A stretch of 64,000 nucleotides of DNA, taken from an uncultured Actinomycetes bacterium (lineage in GTDB: Bacteria > Actinomycetota > Thermoleophilia > Gaiellales > Gaiellaceae). The stretch covers positions 641,565-705,564 of the forward strand of contig CAVUTE010000004.1 of NCBI GenBank assembly GCA_963744355.1, written 5' to 3'. Under the pieces are notes generated by a model. That model saw only the letters and a list, made by a program, of their open reading frames with translations, was not told where the DNA came from and searched no databases. Position numbers and translations under genes: made by a program. Numbering within the stretch: the first letter of the stretch is position 1; the number at the start of each line of letters is the position of its first letter. Below, piece by piece: positions 18,635 through 26,312 of the stretch.

Positions 18635-19098
18635 GACCCTGGCCCCCCAACGTCGTGCAGCTCGTCGGTGAGCTCCTGCTCGCGACGGGCCGCGGCTTCC
18701 TTCCCCGACTGGACCGCGTGCTTCCAGTCGCGCTTCACCTTGAAGTCTGCGGCACCGTAGCTCACGCCGGCAGCGAAGCCCGAGACTTTCTGCACCGGCC
18801 GTGTCACGGCCGTGCTCACCGTCCGCACGGCTGTGTCGACGCTCTCGACCGCGTCGACCGCGCTGTCCGTCATCCGGTCGACCTTGTCGAGCTGGCTGTT
18901 GACCCGGTCCACGCTGCCTCCGACCTTGTTGATGACGGGCAGGATCTCCTGCTCTGCTCCAGAGATGAACGCAGAGAGGCGCCCGGCAGTTCCGCCCAGG
19001 CGCACGAGAAAATACGCCGACCCGATGCCGACGGCGAGGAGGAACACGGCGAGCGCGAGTCGCCAGAGATCCCCCCACGTGAATGCGGCGACGAGCAT
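18631..19098 (-). CDS. DUF948-like membrane-anchored coiled-coil protein
   Basis: 155 aa from ATG 19098. TM segment LWRLALAVFLLAVGIGSAYFLV, then ILPVINKVGGSVDRVNSQLDKVDRMTDSAVDAVESVDTAV. Confidence 0.6.
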   Translation of the reverse strand: MLVAAFTWGDLWRLALAVFLLAVGIGSAYFLVRLGGTAGRLSAFISGAEQEILPVINKVGGSVDRVNSQLDKVDRMTDSAVDAVESVDTAVRTVSTAVTRPVQKVSGFAAGVSYGAADFKVKRDWKHAVQSGKEAAARREQELTDELHDVGGPGS

Positions 19099-19115
19099 TC
19101 GGGCCGATCCTACCG

Positions 19116-20370
19116 TCAGGAGGCCGCGGTGACGCTCCCGCAGCCGACGACGGCGTCGCCTGCATAGAGAACGGCCGCCTGGCCACGAGCGACCCCGTAG
19201 GCGGGCTCGTCCAGCTCCAGCTCGAAGCCGTCCTCGGTGCCTGACACCCGGGCTCCGATGGCCGCCGAGCGGTAGCGGAGCTTCGCGTCGACGCGGTCGG
19301 CCGGAAGGTACAGCCGCCCCGACGCGCGCACACGCGTGCGGGCAAGCGCCTCGTGCGGGCCGACGACGACAGCGTTCGGCGGCCGCGTCCGTGTCGAGCA
19401 CGTAGAGCGGACGCTCGGCGACGACGCCGATACCGCGGCGCTGGCCAGGGGTGAACTCCCACGCGCCGCCGTGGACGCCGAGCTCGTTGCCTTCTGCGTC
19501 GACGATCGGCCCCGGCCGCGGCGGGAGCCCGTGCCGCGAGAGGAACGCGCGGTAGTCGTCGCCGGCGAGGAAGCACGCCTCCTGGCTCTCTGCTCGGCGC
19601 GCGACGTCGAGGCCGGCACGATCCGCCTCGTCGCGCGTCTGCTCCTTGCCCTGTTCGCCGAGCGGGAACCAGATGCGCTCGAGAAGCGCAGGATCGACCT
19701 GCGCGAGCATGTACGACTGATCCTTCGCGGCGTCCGCCCCACGCGCGAGCAGCCGGCGGCCGCCGTGCTCGACGATGCGGGCGTAGTGGCCGGTCGCGAG
19801 GCGGTCGCAGCCGGCGCGCTCGGCGAACGCGAGCAACTCGTCGAAGCGGAACGCGCCGTTGCAGCGGATGCACGGATTCGGCGTCTCGCCGCGCGCATAC
19901 CCGTCGAGGAACGGCGACACGATCGCGTTCCGGAACTCCTCGCGTAGATCGAGGGTCACGTGCGGAACTCCGAGCCGGTGACACGTCTCGCGTGCCGCGA
20001 TGACAGCCTCGGGCGAGCAGCACGCGCGCTCCGCGCTGGGGCCGGCCGGATCGAGCCAGAGACGCAGCGTCACGCCGATCGCGTTCGGCAGCGCGCGCAG
20101 GAGCGCGACAGCGCTGTCGACTCCGCCACTCATCGCCACCGCAGTGCGTCCACGTGACGGCTCGGCGTGGAACACGGGACCGAGCGCGTTCGCGAGCGCG
20201 TCCACCGCGAGCGTCTCGCCACCGACGGCCGCTGCTTCGAGCAGCGTCATCCCCACGATCGGACGGTCGAACCCGGGCGCGTCGGCCTCGACGATGCGGT
20301 CGCGATCGACGCGGAGCCGAACCGCGGCCCACTCCCCGTCGCGAGTGGAGTCTCCGAAGCTCTCGGTCAT
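19116..20370 (-). pseudogene. mnmA: tRNA 2-thiouridine(34) synthase MnmA with an apparent 1-nt frameshift near 19377 (pseudogene or sequence error) and an N-terminal extension
   Basis: Frame A (20370->19378): PP-loop AVAMSGGVDSAV, CCS, NPCIRCN, ATGHYAR, KDQSYML, FTPGQRRGIGV...PLYVLDTDAAA. Frame B (19376->19116) continues NAVVVGPHEAL...GQAAVLYAGDAVVGCGSV. The junction is ...gcc gcc g aac gct... Confidence 0.8.
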
Positions 20371-20498
20371 GGGAAGAAGTTGGGCCCGGACCTAGGGAAC
20401 CTGTCGAGACAGGTGGGTGCCCTGCCGCCGCGAAGACGGACGCGGGCTCCCTTCATGGTGCTGTTGGTTCACCATTCGGCCCGGACCCAGACACCACA

Positions 20499-20882
20499 CT
20501 AGCGCGTGAAGCGCCACTGGACGCTCTGCGTTCCCTGCACGCCGAGCAGCGCGGCCAGCGCGGGCGTGAGATTGAGCTCGCGACCGGACGGCACATCGCC
20601 TCGGTCGATCACGGTCGTCAGCACCGTGCGGTTGCCGAACCGGACGTAGATGCGAACGCCGCAGGGCAGCACTGGATGCCCGACGCCCATGGTGTGCGTC
20701 CCGACCTTCACGCCGCATGCGGTCCGGCCGATCGGCGCTTAGGGAGCTGCGAGGGCCGTCGTCCACGGCCCGGCACCGGCCGGAAGCGTTTGATGGTGAC
20801 GGTGCCGATGGTCGACGGAGATCGCGATCGCCACGGCGAGCACGGCGAACGACGCGACGCGCCGGCCTGCGGCGGACGTCAC
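20499..20882 (-). pseudogene. RlpA-like double-psi beta-barrel (DPBB) secreted protein interrupted by an in-frame TAA
   Basis: GTG 20882 gives MTSAAGRRVASFAVLAVAIAISV... (signal/TM), then TAA at 20739-20741 in the same frame, then APIGRTACGVKVGTHTMGVGHPVLPCGVRIYVRFGNRTVLTTVIDRGDVPSGRELNLTPALAALLG (DPBB-like). Confidence 0.55.
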
Positions 20883-21487
20883 AGGTTGGCGACGAGCCCG
20901 CCGAAGCTCTGGCGAACGAGGTCGTCGAAGTCGACGGGCAGCAGCCCGTCGGGCCCGGCGAAGTCACGCAGATACATGAGCAGGAACGTCCGCTCCTCGT
21001 CGGCGATCGGATCGTCGCCGGAATGCTCGCGGGAAACACGCTCGAGATCCCAGACGTTCCACTGGCGCGGCCCGCCGATGTGGATGACCGCTGCCGCCGG
21101 CGGCAGCTCCGGCTCGGGCTCCGGCTCCGGCTCGGGCTCGGGCTCGGGAATCGGCGCCGGCGCCAGGCGCGGCGGCTCGGGGACCGGCTCAGGCTCGGGC
21201 GCGGCCGCGACTGCGACCGCCACGGGCTCGGGCACCGGCTCGGCGCGGATGACGCGGACGTGCTGCTCGTCCACGACGACGGGCTCCGGCACTGCCGCGG
21301 CGGCTGCCAGCGGTCTCCGCCTTCCCTCGTACCAGTAGCCGAGCTCGACGAGGACAACGACCACGTAGGCGGCCGCGCCGCAGAGAACGATGCCCCAGAT
21401 GTGTAGGCCGACCTCGAGCGCGATCACCGGGACGGCAACGATGAACGCCGCCTCGACGACGGTGCGCGGCCCGAAGAGTGGCCTCAT
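20879..21487 (-). CDS. hypothetical membrane protein with Pro-Glu repeat linker
   Basis: 202 aa. Two N-terminal TM helices, PEPEPEPEPEPE low-complexity tract, and a conserved-looking C-terminal domain (WNVWDLERVSREHSGDDPIADEERTFLLMYL). Confidence 0.5.
   Translation of the reverse strand: MRPLFGPRTVVEAAFIVAVPVIALEVGLHIWGIVLCGAAAYVVVVLVELGYWYEGRRRPLAAAAAVPEPVVVDEQHVRVIRAEPVPEPVAVAVAAAPEPEPVPEPPRLAPAPIPEPEPEPEPEPEPELPPAAAVIHIGGPRQWNVWDLERVSREHSGDDPIADEERTFLLMYLRDFAGPDGLLPVDFDDLVRQSFGGLVANL
21106..21147. repeat. hexanucleotide tandem repeat (gctcsg x7) encoding (PE)n
   Basis: gctccg gctcgg gctccg gctccg gctcgg gctcgg gctcgg, read directly. Lies inside CDS 20879..21487. Confidence 0.9.
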
Positions 21488-21497
21488 GTGGAGAAGG

Positions 21498-22313
21498 TTA
21501 CGGTTGCGGCTCGGACGGCTCCGAGCCCTCCGGCTCTGCCGGCGGTTCCGGCTCCGCAGGCGCGTCCGCGAGGGCCGCCGTCGGAGGCAGCTGGTGGTCC
21601 TCGGAAGACTGCTCGGCCGACCGCATGATCGCGGCGGCGACCTCGGCGATCGCCTCCTGTCCGAGCCCGGCGGCGGCGAGCAGTTGCTCGACCCCCTCCT
21701 GGGCGCGGGCGATCACGACACCGGCCTGGCTCCGAGCCCATTCGAGCGTCTGCTCGACCTCGGCGCGGGCGGCGTTCGTGAGCTCGGTTGCCTGGTGCCG
21801 CGACTGCTCGAGCAGGCGGGCGCCGCGCGCCTCTGCCTCCTGGAGCTCCCGTGCCGCGTCGGCCTGCGCTCGGGTGACGAGCTCGCGAGCCTCGTTGCGG
21901 GCGGCGTTGATCGTCTCGGCGCGCTGCTTTTCGCCCTCCTGGCGCTGGCGCTCGATGTCCGCCTCGCGCTTGCCGATCTCACCCTGCCGGCGCACGAGCT
22001 CCTGCTCGGTGCGAGCGAGCTGCGCGGCCGATGCATTCTGTGCGTCGCGCTCGATCGTGTCCGCGAACTCGGCCGCGGCGCGAATGAGGTGCAGCGCGTC
22101 CATGCGCAGGGCGTGGCCGGTCGGCTCACCGGCACTGCCGCTCTTGCTGGATGCCTGCAGCACGCGGAGCTGCGCCTGCAACTGCGCGACGTGACGGCGG
22201 AAAGCCTCGAACGCCTCGCGCACGCTGTCCGCGTCGAGACCGTCGCCGGCCGGCGGAACGTCCTCGATCCGCGGAAGCGCGGTCAGCTGCGACGCATTCG
22301 GTGCGCTCGACAT
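21498..22313 (-). CDS. DivIVA-like coiled-coil protein (function inferred)
   Basis: 271 aa. N-terminus LPRIEDVPPAGDGLDADSVREAFEAFRRHV resembles a DivIVA-domain start. Long Ala/Glu/Arg/Gln coiled coil and an acidic PE-rich tail. Confidence 0.4.
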   Translation of the reverse strand: MSSAPNASQLTALPRIEDVPPAGDGLDADSVREAFEAFRRHVAQLQAQLRVLQASSKSGSAGEPTGHALRMDALHLIRAAAEFADTIERDAQNASAAQLARTEQELVRRQGEIGKREADIERQRQEGEKQRAETINAARNEARELVTRAQADAARELQEAEARGARLLEQSRHQATELTNAARAEVEQTLEWARSQAGVVIARAQEGVEQLLAAAGLGQEAIAEVAAAIMRSAEQSSEDHQLPPTAALADAPAEPEPPAEPEGSEPSEPQP

Positions 22314-22328
22314 AGCCGCCAGTATGAC

Positions 22329-24032
22329 CTACTTCTGGGACGGATCCACGATCGATCTGATGCCGAGCTCACGGAGCACGGTGTCCGGCATCGGCGTCGG
22401 TCCGCCGGTCAGCGGGTCGGCCCCGCTTGCCACCTTCGGGAACGCGATCACCTGACGAAGGTCGGGCTCGCCCGCCATGCGAGCGACGAAACGGTCGATG
22501 CCCATCGCGAAGCCGCCGTGTGGCGGCGCGCCGAGCTTCAACGCTTCGAGTAGGAAGCCGAACTTCGCCTGCTGCTCTTCCTCGCCCATGCCCATCACGC
22601 GGAAGACGGCCTGCTGCATCGCTGCGTCGTGGATCCGGACCGAGCCCGAGCCGAGCTCCCAGCCGTTCCAGATGAGGTCGTAGTGCTGGCTGAGCGCTGA
22701 GCCCGGATCCTGTTCGAAAGCCTCGTCCCCCGGCATCGGCGCCGTGAACGGATGGTGGAGGAACGTCCATTGGCCCGAGTCCTCGTCCCGCTCGAACATC
22801 GGGAAGTCGATCACCCAGTGGAAGACCTCCTCCCCGGTCTCGGCGAGCTCGAGCTCGCGCCCGAGATGCGTCCGCAGACCGCCGAGGACGCGCGCGACGA
22901 CCGGCTCCTCGTCGGCGACGAAAAGCGCCGTCGAGCCTTCCTGGACGTCAAATGCCGCCAGTTCGGCTTCCGAAAGGAACTTCGAGATCTGCCCGAGCTG
23001 CGCGAGCCCTTTCGCGCCCCATTCCTTCGCGATCTCTTCGAGCCGCGCGTGCTCGCTGCGCGAGAACGTCCGGGGAACGACGATGTAGCGAACGCATGGC
23101 GCGTTCGCAAAGACGCCGAACCGCGAGCCGCGCGTGACATCGGTCGCGTCCTCGATCGCGAGACCAAAGCGGAGGTCGGGCTTGTCGGTGCCGTATCGGG
23201 CAATCGCCTCCGCGTATCGCATGCGCGGGAACGGGCGCGGCGGCGCCTCTCGGCCGACCGCCTCGAAGCTCGCGACGACGCATTGCTCGAGCACGTCGAG
23301 TACGTCCTCGCGCTCGACGAACGACATTTCGAGGTCGAGCTGGCGGAACTCGAACTGCCTGTCCGCGCGCAGGTCTTCGTCGCGCCAGCACGTTGCGATT
23401 TGGTAGTAGCGGTCGAGACCGCCGACCATGCACAGCTGCTTGAAGAGCTGCGGCGACTGCGCCAGGGCGTAGAACTTGCCGGGCTGGAGCCGGACGGGCA
23501 CGAGGAAGTCGCGCGCACCCTCCGGCGTTCCCTTCGTCATGCTCGGCGTCCAGACGTCGACGAAGGCGAGGTCGTCCATCGTCCGCCGGATCGCGTTGAT
23601 GATGACGTGGTTGAGACGCAGGTTGCGCTGCATGCGGTCGCCGCGCATGTCGAGGTACCGATAGCGAAGGCGGAGCACCTCGTCCACGCTCTCGTCGCCG
23701 ATCTGGAACGGCAGCGGCTCCGACGTCGAGACGATGCGCAGCGTGTCGACCTGGATCTCGACCTCGCCCGTCGGGATGTTCGGGTTGACCGCGTCGGGCG
23801 CGCGTGCGACGACCTCGCCCTCGGCCTGGAGGACGAACTCGTTGCGCACGTCATGTGCGACCGGGTCGTTCTCGGGCCGTACGACCAGCTGGACGATGCC
23901 GGTGTGGTCACGCAGGTCGATGAACACGAGGCCGCCGTGATCGCGACGTGCGTCGACCCAGCCGGCGAGCGTTACTCGACGGCCCGCGTCGTCCGCACGC
24001 AGCACGCCGCTCATCGTGTCGCGCCAGCTCAC
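22329..24032 (-). CDS. aspS: aspartate--tRNA ligase
   Basis: ORF 22329..24560 trimmed to GTG 24032, which overlaps the hisS stop (alternative ATG 24014). VTLAGWVDARRDHGGLVFIDLRD, FRQLDLEMSF, GSGSVRIH, PPHGGFAMGIDR. Confidence 0.9.
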   Translation of the reverse strand: MSWRDTMSGVLRADDAGRRVTLAGWVDARRDHGGLVFIDLRDHTGIVQLVVRPENDPVAHDVRNEFVLQAEGEVVARAPDAVNPNIPTGEVEIQVDTLRIVSTSEPLPFQIGDESVDEVLRLRYRYLDMRGDRMQRNLRLNHVIINAIRRTMDDLAFVDVWTPSMTKGTPEGARDFLVPVRLQPGKFYALAQSPQLFKQLCMVGGLDRYYQIATCWRDEDLRADRQFEFRQLDLEMSFVEREDVLDVLEQCVVASFEAVGREAPPRPFPRMRYAEAIARYGTDKPDLRFGLAIEDATDVTRGSRFGVFANAPCVRYIVVPRTFSRSEHARLEEIAKEWGAKGLAQLGQISKFLSEAELAAFDVQEGSTALFVADEEPVVARVLGGLRTHLGRELELAETGEEVFHWVIDFPMFERDEDSGQWTFLHHPFTAPMPGDEAFEQDPGSALSQHYDLIWNGWELGSGSVRIHDAAMQQAVFRVMGMGEEEQQAKFGFLLEALKLGAPPHGGFAMGIDRFVARMAGEPDLRQVIAFPKVASGADPLTGGPTPMPDTVLRELGIRSIVDPSQK

Positions 24033-25252
24033 AGGAGTTCCTTCAGCTCGTCGAGATCGCGAACGGTGACGTCGAGCTCGCCGGTGCGGCGCAGAGTCCA
24101 ACCGCCGGCGTCGATGATGACGGTCGCGCGTGCGTGCTTCTGCCCGTACGTCACCTGGCCCTTGAGGGAGCGGCCGGCGTGGTCGGAGTCGGCCGCAATT
24201 CCGGCTGCGCGCAGCTCGTGCACGGCAGTGAACGCGGATTGACCCTGCTCCACCGCGAAGAACACATCCAGCAACGGCTGCTCGGCCGTGATCCCCTCCA
24301 GCTCGAGCGACAGCACGAGCCGCTCGATGCCTGCGCCGAAGCCGATCCCCGGCGTCGACGGGCCGCCGATCTCCTCGACGAGATAGTCGTAGCGCCCCCC
24401 GCCGCAGATCGTGGAGGCCTGCGCACTCTCGTCCGGGCCGAGGAACTCGAACGTCGTACGCGTGTAATAGTCGATGCCGCGCACGAGCGTCGGCACGATC
24501 GTGTACGGCACGCCGTACTCGTCCAGGTACGAGCACACGCGCGCGAAATGCTGGGCGCACTCATCGCAGAGCGAGTCACCGATCCTCGGCGCATCCTCGA
24601 GCGCAGCTCGCACCTTCGGATTCTTCACGTCGAACACGCGCAGCGGACTCGTCGCGCGCTTCTGCTTCGCGTCGTCGTCGAGGACGTCCGAGTGCGCATC
24701 AAGCCACTCGTTCAACCGCTCGATGTACGCCGGCCGGCAGGTGCGGTCGCCGATTGAGTTCAGCTGGAGCTCGAACTTCCGGATGCCGAGGTTGCGCAGC
24801 AGCGCGTCGTAGTACTGGATCACCTCTGCGTCGACGGACGGCTCCTCGGAGCCGATGCACTCGAGCGAAAGCTGTGTGTGCTCGCGGAAGCGGCCGCGCT
24901 GCGGCGCCGCGTATCGATACATGGTCGCGATCGTGTAAAGCTTGACCGGCTGCGGCTCACGATGCATGCCGTGCTCGATGTACGCGCGACAGATCGGTGC
25001 CGTGCCCTCGGGGCGCAGCGTGAGCGAGCGGTCGCCGCGGTCCTCGAACGTGTACATCTCCTTCTGGACGATGTCGGAGCCCGCGCCCGACGTGCGCTGG
25101 AAGAGCTCCGTGTCCTCGAACACCGGCGTCTGAATCCGGCGATAGCCGTAGAGCGAGCACATGCGCTCCATCTCCCCCGTCACTTTCTGCCAGAGCGGCT
25201 GGTCGGACGGAAGGATGTCGTGCGTTCCTTTCGGCGCCTCGATGCGCGTCAC
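24029..25252 (-). CDS. hisS: histidine--tRNA ligase
   Basis: ORF trimmed to GTG 25252 (VTRIEAPKGTHDILP), which overlaps the MBL gene stop. LTLRPEGTAP, YRYAAPQRGRFREH, GGGRYD, GFGAGIERL. Confidence 0.9.
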   Translation of the reverse strand: MTRIEAPKGTHDILPSDQPLWQKVTGEMERMCSLYGYRRIQTPVFEDTELFQRTSGAGSDIVQKEMYTFEDRGDRSLTLRPEGTAPICRAYIEHGMHREPQPVKLYTIATMYRYAAPQRGRFREHTQLSLECIGSEEPSVDAEVIQYYDALLRNLGIRKFELQLNSIGDRTCRPAYIERLNEWLDAHSDVLDDDAKQKRATSPLRVFDVKNPKVRAALEDAPRIGDSLCDECAQHFARVCSYLDEYGVPYTIVPTLVRGIDYYTRTTFEFLGPDESAQASTICGGGRYDYLVEEIGGPSTPGIGFGAGIERLVLSLELEGITAEQPLLDVFFAVEQGQSAFTAVHELRAAGIAADSDHAGRSLKGQVTYGQKHARATVIIDAGGWTLRRTGELDVTVRDLDELKELL

Positions 25253-25884
25253 GCGCGCAGCTCCGCGAGGTACGGATTGCGCGCGAGCTCGGCGCCGAGC
25301 GTCGTCCGCGGCCCGTGGCCGGGGTAGACGATCGTGTCCTCGGGATAGCGCTCGGTGAGCGTGCGCACCGACGCGAGCAGCGTGTCCCAGTCGGCGCCCG
25401 GGAGGTCGACGCGACCGACGGACCCGGCGAAGAGCAGGTCGCCGCTGAAGAGGCAGCCGTCTGCGTGGAAGGCGACGTGCGCCGACGAGTGTCCCGGGAT
25501 CGCGACGCATTCGAACGTGATGTCGGCGAGCTCGAGCGTCTCGCCGCCGTGAAGCGGGTGGTCGACCGGGTATGCGCGTCCGGGCGCCCCGGCGGGTGCA
25601 AACTCCGGGAAGCGCTCCAGCCGGTCGCGCTCGCCCTCGGGCATGTACACCGGAGCGCCGGTCCCTTCGGCGAGATCGGCCACGCCGCCTACGTGGTCGA
25701 AGTGGCCGTGCGTGATCAGGATGGCCGCGCAGGACGCGCCCATGCCGGCCAGCTCGAGGCGCAGCTGCGCCGCGTCGCCGCCGGGATCGACAACGACGGC
25801 TTCCGCCGCGCCACGCTCGGAGCGCACGACGTAGCAGTTCGTTTGCAGCGCTCCAAGCCCGTATGTGTCCACCACCAACGGCAT
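25249..25884 (-). CDS. MBL-fold metallo-hydrolase (glyoxalase II-like)
   Basis: 211 aa with the ILITHGHFDHVGG metal motif. Confidence 0.85.
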   Translation of the reverse strand: MPLVVDTYGLGALQTNCYVVRSERGAAEAVVVDPGGDAAQLRLELAGMGASCAAILITHGHFDHVGGVADLAEGTGAPVYMPEGERDRLERFPEFAPAGAPGRAYPVDHPLHGGETLELADITFECVAIPGHSSAHVAFHADGCLFSGDLLFAGSVGRVDLPGADWDTLLASVRTLTERYPEDTIVYPGHGPRTTLGAELARNPYLAELRA

Positions 25885-25904
25885 CGAGCGAGTCTAACGA
25901 GGCG

Positions 25905-26306
25905 TCAGCGCTTCGAAGACGCCTGCTCGCGCGCCTGCCAGCGACGATAGGCGAAGCGGTCGAGCATGTACGTGAACGGGATGAAGAGCGCCGTGTACAG
26001 CACCGCGGCCAGGGCGGCGCTCGTGTAGTTGTGCGTCTTGTTCAACATCCCGAAGAGGACGAAGACGACGGCGCCGAGGATGAGCGCGCGCCGGCCGGCC
26101 CGCCCCCACGACGGCGGCTGTGGAGTGCGGCGTCCCCGCGCCGGAGGCGCAGCCTTCTTCGCCGCCGGCCTCGTGCCGTTGCGACGCGTCTCGGCTGGCG
26201 TTTCCTCCGGCGCCTCGACTTCGTTCCCGTCGTCGTCGAGGTAGACGAACTCGTAGTCGTGCCGCTTGGCCTTCGCCTCGCGGCGCTTCTGTTTCCTCGT
26301 CGGCAT
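25905..26306 (-). CDS. hypothetical membrane protein
   Basis: 133 aa. Basic/acidic N-terminus, then two TM helices (ALILGAVVFVLFGML; AALAAVLYTALFIPFTYML). No family recognised. Confidence 0.5.
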   Translation of the reverse strand: MPTRKQKRREAKAKRHDYEFVYLDDDGNEVEAPEETPAETRRNGTRPAAKKAAPPARGRRTPQPPSWGRAGRRALILGAVVFVLFGMLNKTHNYTSAALAAVLYTALFIPFTYMLDRFAYRRWQAREQASSKR

Positions 26307-26312
26307 ACGGGA

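Noticed and set aside
19365-19395. Programmed ribosomal frameshift in mnmA
   Set aside because: There is no slippery X-XXY-YYZ heptamer and no obvious downstream pseudoknot. The shift sits in a gcggccgccg run, where a base-calling error or a simple indel is more likely.
20371-20498. Structured 128-nt region upstream of mnmA: a 7-2-7 palindrome acctgtc-ga-gacaggt at 20399-20414 and a 10-nt direct repeat ggcccggacc at 20383 and 20478
   Set aside because: It does not resemble any riboswitch or sRNA family I can recognise by eye. The stem loop is too short to fold as drawn. Kept only as a note for anyone running Rfam.
20739-20741. Recoding (selenocysteine or programmed read-through) at the in-frame stop of the RlpA-like gene
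   Set aside because: The codon is TAA, not TGA, and I saw no SECIS-like hairpin directly downstream. A pseudogene or sequence error is the simpler explanation.
21106-21147. Possible CRISPR-like or other non-coding repeat arrays (also 55084..55225)
   Set aside because: Both are in-frame coding tandem repeats, (PE)n and AEAARQAAE, without unique spacers. No cas genes are present in the window.
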